Source: Eledone cirrhosa
Lineage: Eukaryota
Direction of reading: 5' to 3'
Length of the DNA: 64,000 bases
Assembly (NCBI GenBank): GCA_964016885.1
Contig: OZ024742.1
Span: 239,444,001-239,508,000, forward strand
Shown: positions 14,029-27,399 of the stretch, in pieces
How positions within the stretch are numbered: the stretch's first letter is position 1
Layout of the letters: every line of letters begins with the position of its first letter
Notes under the pieces: model-generated
The model's database searches: none
What the model was told of the DNA's origin: nothing
Seen by the model: only the letters and a program-made list of their open reading frames with translations
Made by a program: the position numbers and the translations under genes

Positions 14029-14310
14029 TAAAAATAAAAATAAAAATAAAAATAAAAATAAAAATAAAATAAAATAAAGTAAAATAAAATAAAATAAAAT
14101 AAAATAAAATATAATATAATAAAATAATATAAAATACAATAAATTAAAATAAAATAAAACAAAAATAAAATAAAATAAAATAAAATAAAATAAATAAAAT
14201 TAAAATTAAATAAAATAAAATAAAATAAAATATAATATAATAAAATAAATAAAATAAAGTAAAATAAAATAAAATAAAATAAAATAAAATAAAATAAAAT
14301 AAAATAAAAT

Positions 14311-14341
<31 letters not shown>

Positions 14342-15778
14342 TAAAAATAAAAATAAAAATAAAATAAAATAAAGTAAAATAAAATAAAATAAAATAAAAT
14401 AAAATATAATATAATAAAATAAAGTAAAATAAAATAAAATAAAATAAATAAAATAAAATAAAATAAAATAAAATAAAATAAAATAAATAAATAAATTAAT
14501 AAAAATAAAAATAAAAATAAAAATAAAATAAAATAAAGTAAAATAAAATAAAATAAAATAAAATAAAATAAAATAAAATAAAATAAAATAAAATAAAATA
14601 AATAAAATAAAATAAAATAAAATAAAGTAAAATAAAGTAAAATATAATATAATAAAATAAAATAAAATAAAATAAAATAAAGTAAAATAAAGCAAAATAA
14701 AATAAAATAAAATAAAATAAAATAAAATATTATTAATAAAATAAATAAATAAATAAATAAATAAAAATAAAAATAAAATAAAATAAAATAAAATAAAATA
14801 AAATAAAATAAAATAAAATAAAATGAATAAAATAAAATTGAATAAAATAAAATAAAATAAAATATTATTAATAAAATAAATAAATAAATAAATAAATAAA
14901 AATAAAAATAAAATAAAATAAAATAAATAAAATTAAAATAAAATAAAATAAAATAAAATAAAATATAATATAATAAAATAATATAAAATAAAATAAAATA
15001 AAGTAAAATAAAATAAAATAAAATAAAATAAAATAAAATAAAATAAAATAAAATAAATAAAATAAAATAAAATAAAATAAAGTAAAATAAAGTAAAATAT
15101 AATATAATAAAATAAAATAAAATAAAATAAAATAAAGTAAAATAAAGCAAAATAAAATAAAATAAAATAAAATAAAATAAAATATTATTAATAAAATAAA
15201 TAAATAAATAAATAAATAAAAATAAAAATAAAATAAAATAAAATAAAATAAAATAAAATAAAATAAAATAAAATAAAATAAAATAAAATGAATAAAATAA
15301 AATTGAATAAAATAAAATAAAATAAAATATTATTAATAAAATAAATAAATAAATAAATAAATAAAAATAAAAATAAAATAAAATAAAATAAATAAAATTA
15401 AAATAAAATAAAATAAAATAAAATAAAATATAATATAATAAAATAATATAAAATAAAATAAAATAAAATAAAATAAAATAAAATAAAATAAAATAAAATA
15501 AAATAAAATAAAATAAAATAAAATAAAATAAAATAAAATAAATAAATAAAATTAAAATAAATTAAAATAAAATAAAATAAAAAGCTATATAAATAATTAA
15601 ATAAATAAAATAAAATAAAATAAAATAAAATAAAATAAAATAAAATAAAATAAAATAAAATAAAATAAAATAAAATAAAATAAAATAAAATAAAATAAAA
15701 TAAAATAAAATAAAATAAAATAAAATAAATAAAATAAAATTAAATAAAAGGAAATAAAATTAAATATTATTAATAAGA

Positions 15779-15813
<35 letters not shown>

Positions 15814-16270
15814 AAATAAAAATAAAATAAAATAAAATAAAATAAAATAAAATAAAATAAAATAAAATAAAATAAAATAAAATAAATAAATAAATAAATA
15901 AATAAAAATAAAAATAAAATAAAATATAATATAATAAAATAATATAAAATAAAATAAAATAAAATAAAATAAAATAAAATAAAATAAAATAAAATAAAAT
16001 AAAATAAAATAAAATAAAATAAAATAAAATAAAATAAAATAAAATAAAATAAAATAAAATAAAATAAAATATAATATAATAAAATAATATAAAATAAAAT
16101 AAAATAAAATAAAATAAAATAAAATAAAATAAATTAAAATAAAATAAAATAAAAAACTATATAAATAATTAAAGAAATAAATAAAATAAAATAAAATAAA
16201 ATATAATAAAATAAATAAAATAAAGTAAAATAAAATAAAATAAAATAAAATAAAATAAAATAAAATAAAA

Positions 16271-16301
<31 letters not shown>

Positions 16302-16965
16302 AAATAAAAATAAAATAAAATAAAGTAAAATAAAATAAAATAAAATAAAATAAAATAAAATAAAATAAAATATAATATAATAAAATAATATAAAATAAAA
16401 TAAAATAAAATAAAATAAAATAAAATAAAATAAAATAAAATAAAATAAAATAAATAAATAAATAATAAATAACTAATAAATTAAAATAAAATAAAATAAA
16501 ATAAAATATAATACAATAAAATAATATAAAATAAAACAAAAATAAAATAAAATAAAATAAAATAAAATAAATAAATAAAATTAAAATAAAATAAAATAAA
16601 ATAAAATAAAATATAATATAATAAAATAATATAAAATAAAATAAAATAAAATAAAATAATATAAAATAAAATAAAATAAAATAAAATAAAATAAAATAAA
16701 ATAAAATAAAATAAAATAAAATAAAATAAATAAATAAAATTAAAATAAATTAAAATAAAATAAAATAAAAAGCTATATAAATAATTAAATAAATAAATAA
16801 AATAAAATAAAATAAAATAAAATAAAATAAAATAAAATAAAATAAAATAAAATAAAATAAAATAAAATAAAATAAAATAAAATAAAATAAAATAAAATAA
16901 AATAAAATAAAATAAATTAAATAAAATTAAATAAAAGGAAATAAAATTAAATATTATTAATAAAA

Positions 16966-16996
<31 letters not shown>

Positions 16997-17085
16997 AAAT
17001 AAAAATAAAATAAAATAAAATAAAATAAAATAAAATAAAATAAAATAAAATAAAATAAAATAAAATAAAATAAAATAAAATAAAA

Positions 17086-17116
<31 letters not shown>

Positions 17117-17376
17117 AAATAAAAATAAAATAAAATAAAATAAAATAAAATAAATTAAAATAAAATAAAATAAAAAACTATATAAATAATTAAAGAAATA
17201 AATAAAATAAAATAAAATAAAATATAATAAAATAAATAAAATAAAGTAAAATAAAATAAAATAAAATAAAATAAAATAAAATAAAATAAAATAAAATAAA
17301 ATAAAATAAAATAAAATACAATAAATTAAAATAAAATAAAATAAAATAAAATAAAATAAAATAAAATAAAATAAAA

Positions 17377-17407
<31 letters not shown>

Positions 17408-18076
17408 AAATAAAAATAAAATAAAATAAAGTAAAATAAAATAAAATAAAATAAAATAAAATAAAATAAAATAAAATATAATATAATAAAATAATATAAA
17501 ATAAAATAAAATAAAATAAAATAAAATAAAATAAAATAAAATAAAATAAATAAATAAATAATAAATAACTAATAAATTAAAATAAAATAAAATAAAATAA
17601 AATATAATACAATAAAATAATATAAAATAAATCAAAAATAAAATAAAATAAAATAAAATAAAATAAATAAATAAAATTAAAATAAAATAAAATAAAATAA
17701 AATAAAATATAATATAATAAAATAATATAAAATAAAATAAAATAAAATAAAATAATATAAAATAAAATAAAATAAAATAAAATAAAATAAAATAAAATAA
17801 AATAAAATAAAATAAAATAAAATAAAATAAAATAAAATAAAATAAAATAAATAAATAAAATTAAAATAAATTAAAATAAAATAAAATAAAAAGCTATATA
17901 AATAATTAAATAAATAAATAAAATAAAATAAAATAAAATAAAATAAAATAAAATAAAATAAAATAAAATAAAATAAAATAAAATAAAATAAAATAAAATA
18001 AAATAAAATAAAATAAAATAAAATAAATTAAATAAAATTAAATAAAAGGAAATAAAATTAAATATTATTAATAAAA

Positions 18077-18107
<31 letters not shown>

Positions 18108-18211
18108 AAATAAAAATAAAATAAAATAAAATAAAATAAAATAAAATAAAATAAAATAAAATAAAATAAAATAAAATAAAATAAAATAAAATAAAATAAA
18201 ATAAAATAAAA

Positions 18212-18242
<31 letters not shown>

Positions 18243-18493
18243 AAATAAAAATAAAATAAAATAAAATAAAATAAAATAAATTAAAATAAAATAAAATAAA
18301 AAACTATATAAATAATTAAAGAAATAAATAAAATAAAATAAAATAAAATATAATAAAATAAATAAAATAAAGTAAAATAAAATAAAATAAAATAAAATAA
18401 AATAAAATAAAATAAAATAAAATAAAATAAAATAAAATAAAATAAAATACAATAAATTAAAATAAAATAAAACAAAAATAAAATAAAATAAAA
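11124..18493. repeat. 7.4-kb (TAAAA)n/(TAAA)n satellite with higher-order structure
   Basis: Directly visible. Recurrent variant motifs such as AAAAACTATATAAATAATTAAAGAAAT and AAAAGCTATATAAATAATT. Confidence 0.97.
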
Positions 18494-20137
18494 CAAAAAT
18501 TTAGCACAAAATATTAATAGAATAAATAATAGGAATTTAAAACCTAGCCAAAATACCGATAATAGCATAAATAATATCCAAGTAAACAAATGTAACTGTA
18601 GAGATAGATCTAAATGTCCGTTAAATAACTATTGCTTAGTTAAATATATAATATACAACTGTAATGTTAAAACGGACTTAAATTCTTTTAACTATGTTGG
18701 TTCCACCTCGACAGAATTTAAACTTCGCTATAATAACCACAAGAATTCTTTCACAGATCCAAGCAAAAAATCTTCAACATTACTATCAGGCTTACTCTGG
18801 CAACTTAAGCATGATAACGTTGGATATTCGACGGCTTGGAATATAGTCTCAAGAGGGATTCCTTTTAATTCATCTTCTGAGACATGTGACCTCTGCGCAG
18901 AGGAGATATTCTTTATACTAAAATCTAAAAATTCCCTTAATTTACGGACAAATTTATTCAGTTGCTGCAGACATAGATTGAACTCAACTTTTAAATATAA
19001 ATATAAATTTAAAATGTAGTATATTTACTTATGATTTGTAATTATTTATGAAACTCGCCGATAAATCTTTCGATTTCTTTTTTTTGAAACATTCTTCATG
19101 AATAATTAAACTACCCTAAAAGCTGATGCTCCAAATATATCGAATAAATTTTACACTAGATAAACTTCTATAATAAATATAAGACCATATGTAGATCAAA
19201 TGGGTATCCTAAACTTTTGGAATGATTTCTGCTAGACAGGATTTGGTAAATAATTTTGGTTTTGTTTGCTTTTGATTCTGATGCTTATAATGAACTTGGC
19301 AATATATTGTCAATTAATTTTGAAGGGTTGATTTCTGTGGTTGATTTGCGGGGCATACTGTGTTTTATTTTAATATTTTTTAATTTTTAACATTTTTATT
19401 GATATATTGATATCTGTTGTCTATTTATGCTTGAACGATAATCATGTAGAGTAAAGACAAGAATAGTATTGTTAAAATTAATGTAGATTCTATATATATT
19501 TGTGTGTATGTACACATATATGTATACTAGAATTTTTATAGCACAATGAGAATGTTTTCATGTGAAATAGGAATTTGCAGAGTTGATCACGTAAATTCAC
19601 ATGGATGTCTATAGTATCGAATCTGGGATAACCTTCTATTTTCTTTTTCTTTTTTCATGAAAGTGCATATATACTTATGTATTTCAATTTTTTTTTGAAG
19701 TTTTTTATCTCAGATTTTTTATCTCAGTTTTTTTATCTCAGTTTTTTTATCTCAGTTTTTTTTTAACTCAGTTCTGATTATAAACCTAGGAATTTTAAAC
19801 TAAACATATGATCATTATTTTTCACACATTATTGATACGTGTCTCATTCATGAATACTGATATTTACATTATAATACCTAATTCATACGAATTGATATTT
19901 TTAGATTGATGAAACATAATGTTTTAAATCTGCCTCGTTTATCTCTGGATATTTTTCTTTTCTCTCTATGTAACGGCTGTTTTCTCTCCTAACCACATAT
20001 ATCTCTCTCTACCTTAATACTAGAACTAAATAAATAAATAAATAAATAAATATATCATTGATACGTCATTCAACTGGTGCCCAACTACCTATTTTCTTTC
20101 TCTCTATCTCTATCTATATCTCTCTCTCTCTATTTTT

Positions 20138-20200
<63 letters not shown>

Positions 20201-20560
20201 CCCCTCTGTGTTTTTTTCTCTCTCTATCTATCTCTCTCTGTTTTTTCTTTACATGAATTTCTTCTCTCTATCTATCTCTCTATATCTCTCTCTCTCTGTT
20301 TTTCGTTGCATGCATTTCTTCTTTTTCTTCGCTTTCTTTCTTTCTTTCTTTTTATAACTGTCCCTAACATTTTTCACTACCAAATCAACTTTTTAAATGG
20401 AAGTTGAAGTTGTAAGGTATGTCAAATCTATCTATTTATAAGACTGTTTATATTGTATTTTGTCTGATGAAGGCATACCATATTTTTAATATGATATCCC
20501 TGAAATATATATAATGAAATAAATATGGTTTTATAAATATAGTTTCCATTTATTTAATAT
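18494..20560 (+). mobile_element. Penelope-like element A, 5'-truncated (GIY-YIG remnant 18494-19019, long 3' region and pLTR)
   Basis: Closely similar to 22678-24558. Encodes CNCRDRSKCP, NYVGSTSTEFKLRYNNH and CDLCAEE. Ends at (TA)n. Confidence 0.92.
20450..20526 (+). ncRNA. Type I hammerhead ribozyme in the pLTR of element A
   Basis: CTGATGA 20464-70, stem II AGG..CATATT/AATATG..CCT, GAAA 20502-05, palindromic TATATA stem III, predicted cut after 20513, stem I ATATTGTATTTTGT/ATGAAATAAATAT. Confidence 0.8.
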
Positions 20561-20562
20561 CG

Positions 20563-20609
<47 letters not shown>

Positions 20610-20837
20610 ATGCTTTTGTGTGTGTGTGTGCGTGTTTGCATGTGTGTTTTTATTTTATTTTTTTCCTTTCCTCCTTCTTTCTCCAGCCTCACTTTCATAT
20701 AGATTGCATTTTTGTTTTTTAAAATCCAAATTCAATAAACAGACCAGGATTTTTTCATTCTAAGGATTGAAAGCAAAATCTCTTGCTTTTAAGAAACCAC
20801 TGGTAAATGGAATAATTGCCTTATGTTGTTTATTACA

Positions 20838-20876
<39 letters not shown>

Positions 20877-20978
20877 AGAACAAAAGATGGTTAAAAGAGT
20901 TCCATGTATTTTATTATGCGCATTTCATCTATATATATATAGATGAATATCTACTATTGCTCATACAAAAAAGTAACC

Positions 20979-21032
<54 letters not shown>

Positions 21033-21064
21033 ATTAAATAAATGGAAACTATATTTATAAAACC

Positions 21065-21141
21065 ATATTTATTTCATTATATATATTTCAGGGATATCAT
21101 ATTAACAATATGTTATGCCTTCTTCAGACAAAATACAATAT
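21065..21141 (-). ncRNA. Hammerhead ribozyme in the inverted pLTR of element B
   Basis: Reverse complement of 24446-24522; CTGAAGA...GAAATATATATA. Confidence 0.75.
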
Positions 21142-21543
21142 AAACAGTCTTATAAATAAATAGATACGACATACCTTTCAATCGACTTGCATTTGGGAAG
21201 TTGATTTGGCAGTAAAAATATTATGGACAGTTGTAAAAAGAAAGAGAGAAAGAAAGAAAGAAAAACGAAGAAAAAGAAGAAATGCATGTGACTAAATAGA
21301 GAGATATAGAAAGATAGATAAAGAGAAGAACTTCATGTAAAGAAACAGAGAGAGATATATAGAGAGAGGAAAAAAAAAGAAAGAGATAGATAGAGATAGA
21401 TAGAGAAACTAGGTAGTTGAGCATCAGTTGATACATTTATTTATTTATTTATTTATTTATTTAGCTCTAGTATTAATGTAAAGAAAGATGTATGTAGTTA
21501 AGAGAGAAAATAGCCGTTATATAGAGAGAAAAAAAGAAATTTT

Positions 21544-23194
21544 GAGAATGACTTGCCAGTCAGATTGATTGCACCATCAAAATCGGACCTGGGTAAACTA
21601 AGCAAAACATTCTTGACAGGGTGATACAGCAAATTAAAAACTTGAGTTGTTTACCTAACCTGAGCTTGTGGAAGGGAACTGGTGAGGTTGTTGAGTGGTT
21701 TAAGCAAATTAAATATAACAATAATAATAAGTTTATTCAACTTGATATTGCTAACTATTATTCTTCTATTACCCCTAATCTACTAAATAAGGCACTAAAT
21801 TACGCATTCAAACATACGGACCTAACTAGCAATGAAATGCACATTATATTATCGGCTAGGAAAACATTGATAGAATTTAATGACCAACTATGGACCCGAG
21901 CAGATAGAGATAACAATTTTGACATTACTATGGGATCATCCGACTCAGCTCAGGTAACTGACCTTGTGGGCTTATTTTTAATCAATTCGCTGCATAGGAA
22001 AATACCTGGTACTACCGGAGGTTTATATAGAGATGACATGCTTTTACTTATTGATAATAATAACTCTGAACTAAATAGAAAAAGAAAACAAATTACACAA
22101 TTTTTTAATCACTTTAATCTAAAAATAGAAATTGAGAATAACCATAGAATAGTCAACTTCCTAGATATAACATTAAATCTCAACACATGTCTTCACTATC
22201 CATTTCACAAGTTGAATGAAAACTTAAACTATGTCAGCTTTAACTCTAACCACCCCAGATCTGTTAAAAATACTATAGTAAACTCTGTTCAAAAACGTAT
22301 CTCTAGAATCTCATTTAATAAAAAGATTTTCGACGAAAAAGCCCATTATTACAATGAAGCGTTAGCTAGAGCAGGATATAGTGATAAAATTATGTACATA
22401 GATAATGATAAACAAATTAAACAAAATAACAACTATTTTAATTACGGCCACAACCTTAACAACTATAATAGAAAGCATTACAATAATTCCAAAAACCATA
22501 AAAGAAATAGAACTAGGAATAAAATATGGTTTGCCCCCCCCCCCCCCTTTTTTCACTAAACATTAAAACCCACATCGCTAAACTATTTTTTAAGGCTCTT
22601 GATAATCGCTTCCCTAGAACACATAGGTATCACTCAATTTTCAATAGACATACTATAAAATTAACCTACTCATCCACCAAAAATTTAGCACAAAATATTA
22701 ATAGAATAAATAATAGGAACTTAAAACCTAGCGATAATAGCATAAATAATATCCAAGTTAACAAATGTAACTGTAGAGATAGATCTAAATGTCCGTTAAA
22801 TAACAACTGCTTAGTTAAAAATATAATATACAACTGTAATGTTAAAACGGACGTTAATTCTTTTAACTACGTTGGTTCCACATCGACGGAATTTAAACTT
22901 CGCTATAACAACCACAAGAATTCTTTCACAGATCCATCCAAAAAATCTTCAACAGCACTATCAGGCGTACTCTGGCAACTTAGGCATGATAACGTTAGAT
23001 ATTCGACGACTTGGAATATAGTTTCAAGAGGGATTCCTTTTAATTCATCCTCTGAGACATGTGACCTCTGTGCGGAGGAGATATTCTTTATACTAAAATC
23101 TAAAAATCCCCTTAATCTACGGACAAATTTATTCAGTTGCTGCAGACATAGATTGACCTCAACGTTTAAATATAAATTTAAATTTAAAATGTAG
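21544..23194 (+). pseudogene. Penelope-like RT + GIY-YIG endonuclease ORF, N-terminally truncated, frameshifted at ~21605 and at the C-run ~22534-22547
   Basis: RLIAPSKSDLGK, QLDIANYYSSI, MGSSDSAQVTDL, LYRDD, VNFLDITL, SNHP; linker CNCx5CPx4C; IIY...YVGST...RYNNH; CDLCAEE...LN.R...CRH. Both frameshifts lie in homopolymers and may be sequencing errors. Confidence 0.93.
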
Positions 23195-24445
23195 TATGTT
23201 TGATTTGATTTGTAATTATTTATGAAACTAGCCGATAAATCTTTCGATTTCTTCTTTTTATTAAAACATTCTTCATGAATAATTAAACTACCCTAAAAGC
23301 TGATGCTCCAAATATATCGAATTAAATTTTACACTAGATAAACTTCTATATTAAATATAAGAACATATGTAGACCAAATGGGTATCCTAAACTTTTGGAA
23401 TGATTTCTGCTAGACAGGATTTGGTAAATAATTTTTGTTTTATCTGTTTTGACTCTGATGCTTATGATGAACTTGGCAATATATTGTCAATTAACTTTGA
23501 AAGGCTGATCTTTGTGGTCGATTTGCGTGGCGTACTATGTTTTATTTTTATTATTTTTTAATATTTTTTAATATTTTGTAATATTTTTATTTTTAATATT
23601 AAATGTTTTAGTTTTCTGTTTATTTATTTTCTTGTTTTCTGATATTTTTATTAATATATTGAAATCTGTTCTCTATTTCTGCTTGATCGATAATCATGTA
23701 GAGTAAAGACAAGAATAGTATTGTTATAATTAATATAGACTCTATATATATGTGTATATATACACACATATATGTATACTTGAATTTTTATAGCACAATG
23801 AGAATGTTTTCGTGTGAAATGGGAGTTTGTTTATAGTTATGATATAAACATATGGAATTTTAAAAACTAGACATAAGATCATTACTTTTCACACATTATA
23901 GATACATGTCTCATTCATGAATACTGATATTTACATTATAATGCCTGTTTTATACGAACTAATATTTTCTAAATGATGAAACATAGCGTTTTTTAAATTC
24001 TGCCTCGCTTATGTCTGGTTATTTTTCATTTTCTCTTTTTCATTTTCTCTTTTTTCTCTCTATATAACGGCTATTTTCTCTCTTAACTACATACATCTTT
24101 CTTTACATTAATACTAGAGCTAAATAAATAAATAAATAAATAAATGTATCAACTGATGCTCAACTACCTAGTTTCTCTATCTATCTCTATCTATCTCTTT
24201 CTTTTTTTTTTTTTTTTCCTCTCTCTATATATCTCTCTCTGTTTCTTTACATGAAGTTCTTCTCTTTATCTATCTTTCTATATCTCTCTATTTAGTCACA
24301 TGCATTTCTTCTTTTTCTTCGTTTTTCTTTCTTTCTTTCTCTCTTTCTTTTTACAACTGTCCATAATATTTTTACTGCCAAATCAACTTCCCAAATGCAA
24401 GTCGATTGAAAGGTATGTCGTATCTATTTATTTATAAGACTGTTT

Positions 24446-24522
24446 ATATTGTATTTTGTCTGAAGAAGGCATAACATATTGTTAATATGATATCCCTGAA
24501 ATATATATAATGAAATAAATAT
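24446..24522 (+). ncRNA. Type I hammerhead ribozyme in the 3' pLTR of element B
   Basis: CTGAAGA 24460-66, GAAA 24498-501, same stems as 20450-20526. Confidence 0.78.
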
Positions 24523-24804
24523 GGTTTTATAAATATAGTTTCCATTTATTTAATATCATAAATATACTCCAAATACTTGTTGAGTGCTTTTATATCAGTT
24601 ATAAATATTTACTCGTTGTTAACCCAACAATTTAAATATAACTTTCCATATATATATACTATATATAACCAAAGATTAATATGATTCATTGACTACTCAA
24701 TGAATATAGTTTTACAATAGATTCAAAGCACTCTACAAAGAAGTTTTCTGGAGTTAGTAATATTATTCAAAATATTAATAAATGAATACGTTCACATAAT
24801 CAAA

Positions 24805-24876
24805 ATATGTTTTATTATATATATTTCGGAGGTACTGTGCTGTTTTTTCAGTACGCCCTCATCAGATAAAATATAT
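24805..24876 (-). ncRNA. Type I hammerhead ribozyme of element C
   Basis: Minus strand: ATATTTTAT-CTGATGA-GGGCGTACTG...CAGTACCTCC-GAAA-TATATA-TA-ATAAAACAT. Confidence 0.82.
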
Positions 24877-25740
24877 GAATTGATGTATGATATACCTCAA
24901 CTGTCTTGATGGTTCAATTCCAGTATTGGCAGTGATTTATTACAACAAATCTCAATATTTATATACACAAATAATAACATGATAAACTTAAATATGATGA
25001 AGAAGAGGATGTGGAGCGAGATATAAGTATAAGGAGGGGTGAGTATGAGAAAATGTAAGAAGAAATAAAGAAAGAAAGATAGATAGAAGAGAGAAGAAGA
25101 GAGAAAAAATACGATAAGATAGAAGAAGGAGAGAGGGAGAGAAGAGGGAATACGTAACCTCAAAAAGGAAAGAATAAAAGAAAGAAAGAAAGGGACATGA
25201 TGCGTGACCGTTGTTTTCAAATATTAAGTCAAACAGAAGCGACCAATTAAATTCCGTGAAAATTTTAATATCTTCTGTATTTGGTTATGTTTGAGCTAAT
25301 TATACTAATGTATTATATCAAAATTAAACAATATAAAAATAGTTTCTATAATAATCAGAAGCATAATTCAATTAATAAATATATTCAATATTTTGTTACA
25401 AAATTCAAAAATCAAATTCAAAAATCAAAAAACCTATCAAGCAAGTTTACAAACATATTATATATGTATAAGGATATTTACCACAACATATTCGCATATC
25501 ACCATCAGTATATGCATTTTATATAATGTTTAGAATTATTATCAGAATTATTCATTTTACAATATAAACAATTGTCATTTACTTATAGGATTAATAAGTA
25601 GTTATATTTACTCTTTAAAGTATTATTATTTTGATTCTAATTTCGTAACTATATCATAATATCAAAATATATGTAGTTTCCCTACAGCCATTAATATCAT
25701 GTTAAATATACATTATTAATCCATTTGGATAGAAAGAAAA

Positions 25741-25913
25741 TAATTGTTTCTACTTTCGGCACAAGGCCAGCAAATTACCCAGTACATTACTGGTACTTTA
25801 TTTTATCGACCTCGTAAGGCAAAGTTAACCTTGGCGGGATTTGAACTCAGATCGTAAAGGGACGTAACTATGCTGGAGAGCATGTCCAACCCTCTACCAA
25901 TTCTGCCAATCCA
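25741..25913 (-). mobile_element. tRNA-SINE inserted in the 3' region of element C
   Basis: Same family as 9903-10090. Confidence 0.85.
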
Positions 25914-27399
25914 ATGTAAATAAAGGGAGGTAATCCATATGTAGTCATTTATATTATCTAAGTGCTTTGAAAGCCAGAAGATATTTTAAACCGCAAGTTC
26001 AGAAAATTCTAGTTACACAATGACCGTTCAAAAAATCGAACTTATGATAGTGAATCACCTCATGAGATTAATTTACTATATAAAAAAAAACGATATACAA
26101 TTTTAAGGTAAGGCAAAACATTATATATATAATAACAATAATTCAAGAATTATTAATAATAATAGACCATATTTTTTTCTCCTCTTAGTCAGTATTTTTT
26201 TCTAAATTTGTATGATGCTTGAAATGTTTTTCCAGATTTATGGAGACAAGTTGCAAATAATTCGTTTTTTTTTGTTAATTAAATTACCATAATTGGTAAT
26301 TATTAATAGAGTTTCTAAATTGCAAAGATTGCAATTTGGTGAGATCGAAGCGTTCCGATAGGACTCAGAGTTTCTAAGTTTACACCAAGAAATTGAGTAT
26401 TTAATATTTTTCTCTTTTAAAGACCATATTAATTGTGATAATGAAGTAGAAATTTTTTTTTATCTGGATTTGAGAAAGAATGTTTATGATTGGAAAAGCG
26501 AAACTTAAAGCTCGATGAAGTGGCACCAATGTAGTTATAAGTATTATTATTATTTGTCTTAATGATACATTTATATACTAAATTCTTATCAAGGCAGGGC
26601 ATTCAGATTTCCTTCTAGAGTTACAGTTCAATTCCGTGTTATTTCTATAATCTAAAGTATTTGTATTATCATTGTTATTATTTCTAGGTGTTCTACTATT
26701 ATACGTATTTAAACTATTGTTATTGTTATTCACATTAGCTACTGTATTATTATTATTATTATTATTATTGTTATTATCGCTAATTATATGCTGGTTCAAA
26801 TTAAGAATTTTGTTATTAATTTTTGCAATATTTTGAGCAATATTCATAATTGTTGAATAAGAAAGTTTAACTGTGATCTAGGGAAACATTTATCTAAGGC
26901 TTTAAAAAATAAATGCGCTAAAGGTGTTTTATAGCTAAAGATGCTGGTGGCGCGTACCAAATTATAGATCTAGTCCTAATTTTTTCCCACGATTTATTCT
27001 CCAAGTTGTTATTTTTACAGTTAGTTTCATTTTTATTATTATTATTATTATGAATATTGTGTTTATAATTAATATTATTTTTTTTCTACATATTCAATAT
27101 TATTTTTATATCCTGCTTTATGTAACGCTTCATTATAATATCCAGCTTTACTATTAAAAATGGATCTGTTAGCAGAAAGTCTGGATATTCGTTGTTGGAC
27201 ACTATTGAGTATTGCATTTTTAACACTTTTAGGATGATTAGAGTAAAACTTAACATAATTTAGGTTTTCATTGAGTTTATGAAATGGGTAATAAAGGCCT
27301 GAGTTTAAATTAAGGGTTACGTCTAAAAAGTTACTATTTTATTGTTAATTTCTACTTCTAATTTCAGGTCGTAATTTTTAAAGAATTCTATTCTTTTAA

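Larger units (their letters stand above)
21029..24647 (+). mobile_element. Penelope-like element B with inverted 5' pseudo-LTR (21029-21537 is the reverse complement of 24048-24558)
   Basis: Near-identical ~510-bp inverted copy joined to a 5'-truncated RT. Flanked by (TA)n on both sides. Typical PLE architecture. Confidence 0.93.
24667..27393 (-). mobile_element. Penelope-like element C (divergent relative of B; degraded RT thumb and GIY-YIG at ~27393-26190)
   Basis: Minus strand reads FLDVTLNLNSGLYYPFHKLNENLNYVKFYSNHP, IIWYAPP, YIGATSSSFKFRFSNH, CNLCNLE and LINKKNELF. Confidence 0.9.

Noticed and set aside
11459-18589. F/Y/I/L-rich ORFs up to 384 aa resembling membrane proteins
   Set aside because: Translation of (TTTTA)n.
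21544-27393. Selenoprotein-type PLE (in-frame TGA at conserved Cys, reported for some Naiads)
   Set aside because: The conserved cysteines I read are TGT/TGC; no in-frame TGA at those positions.
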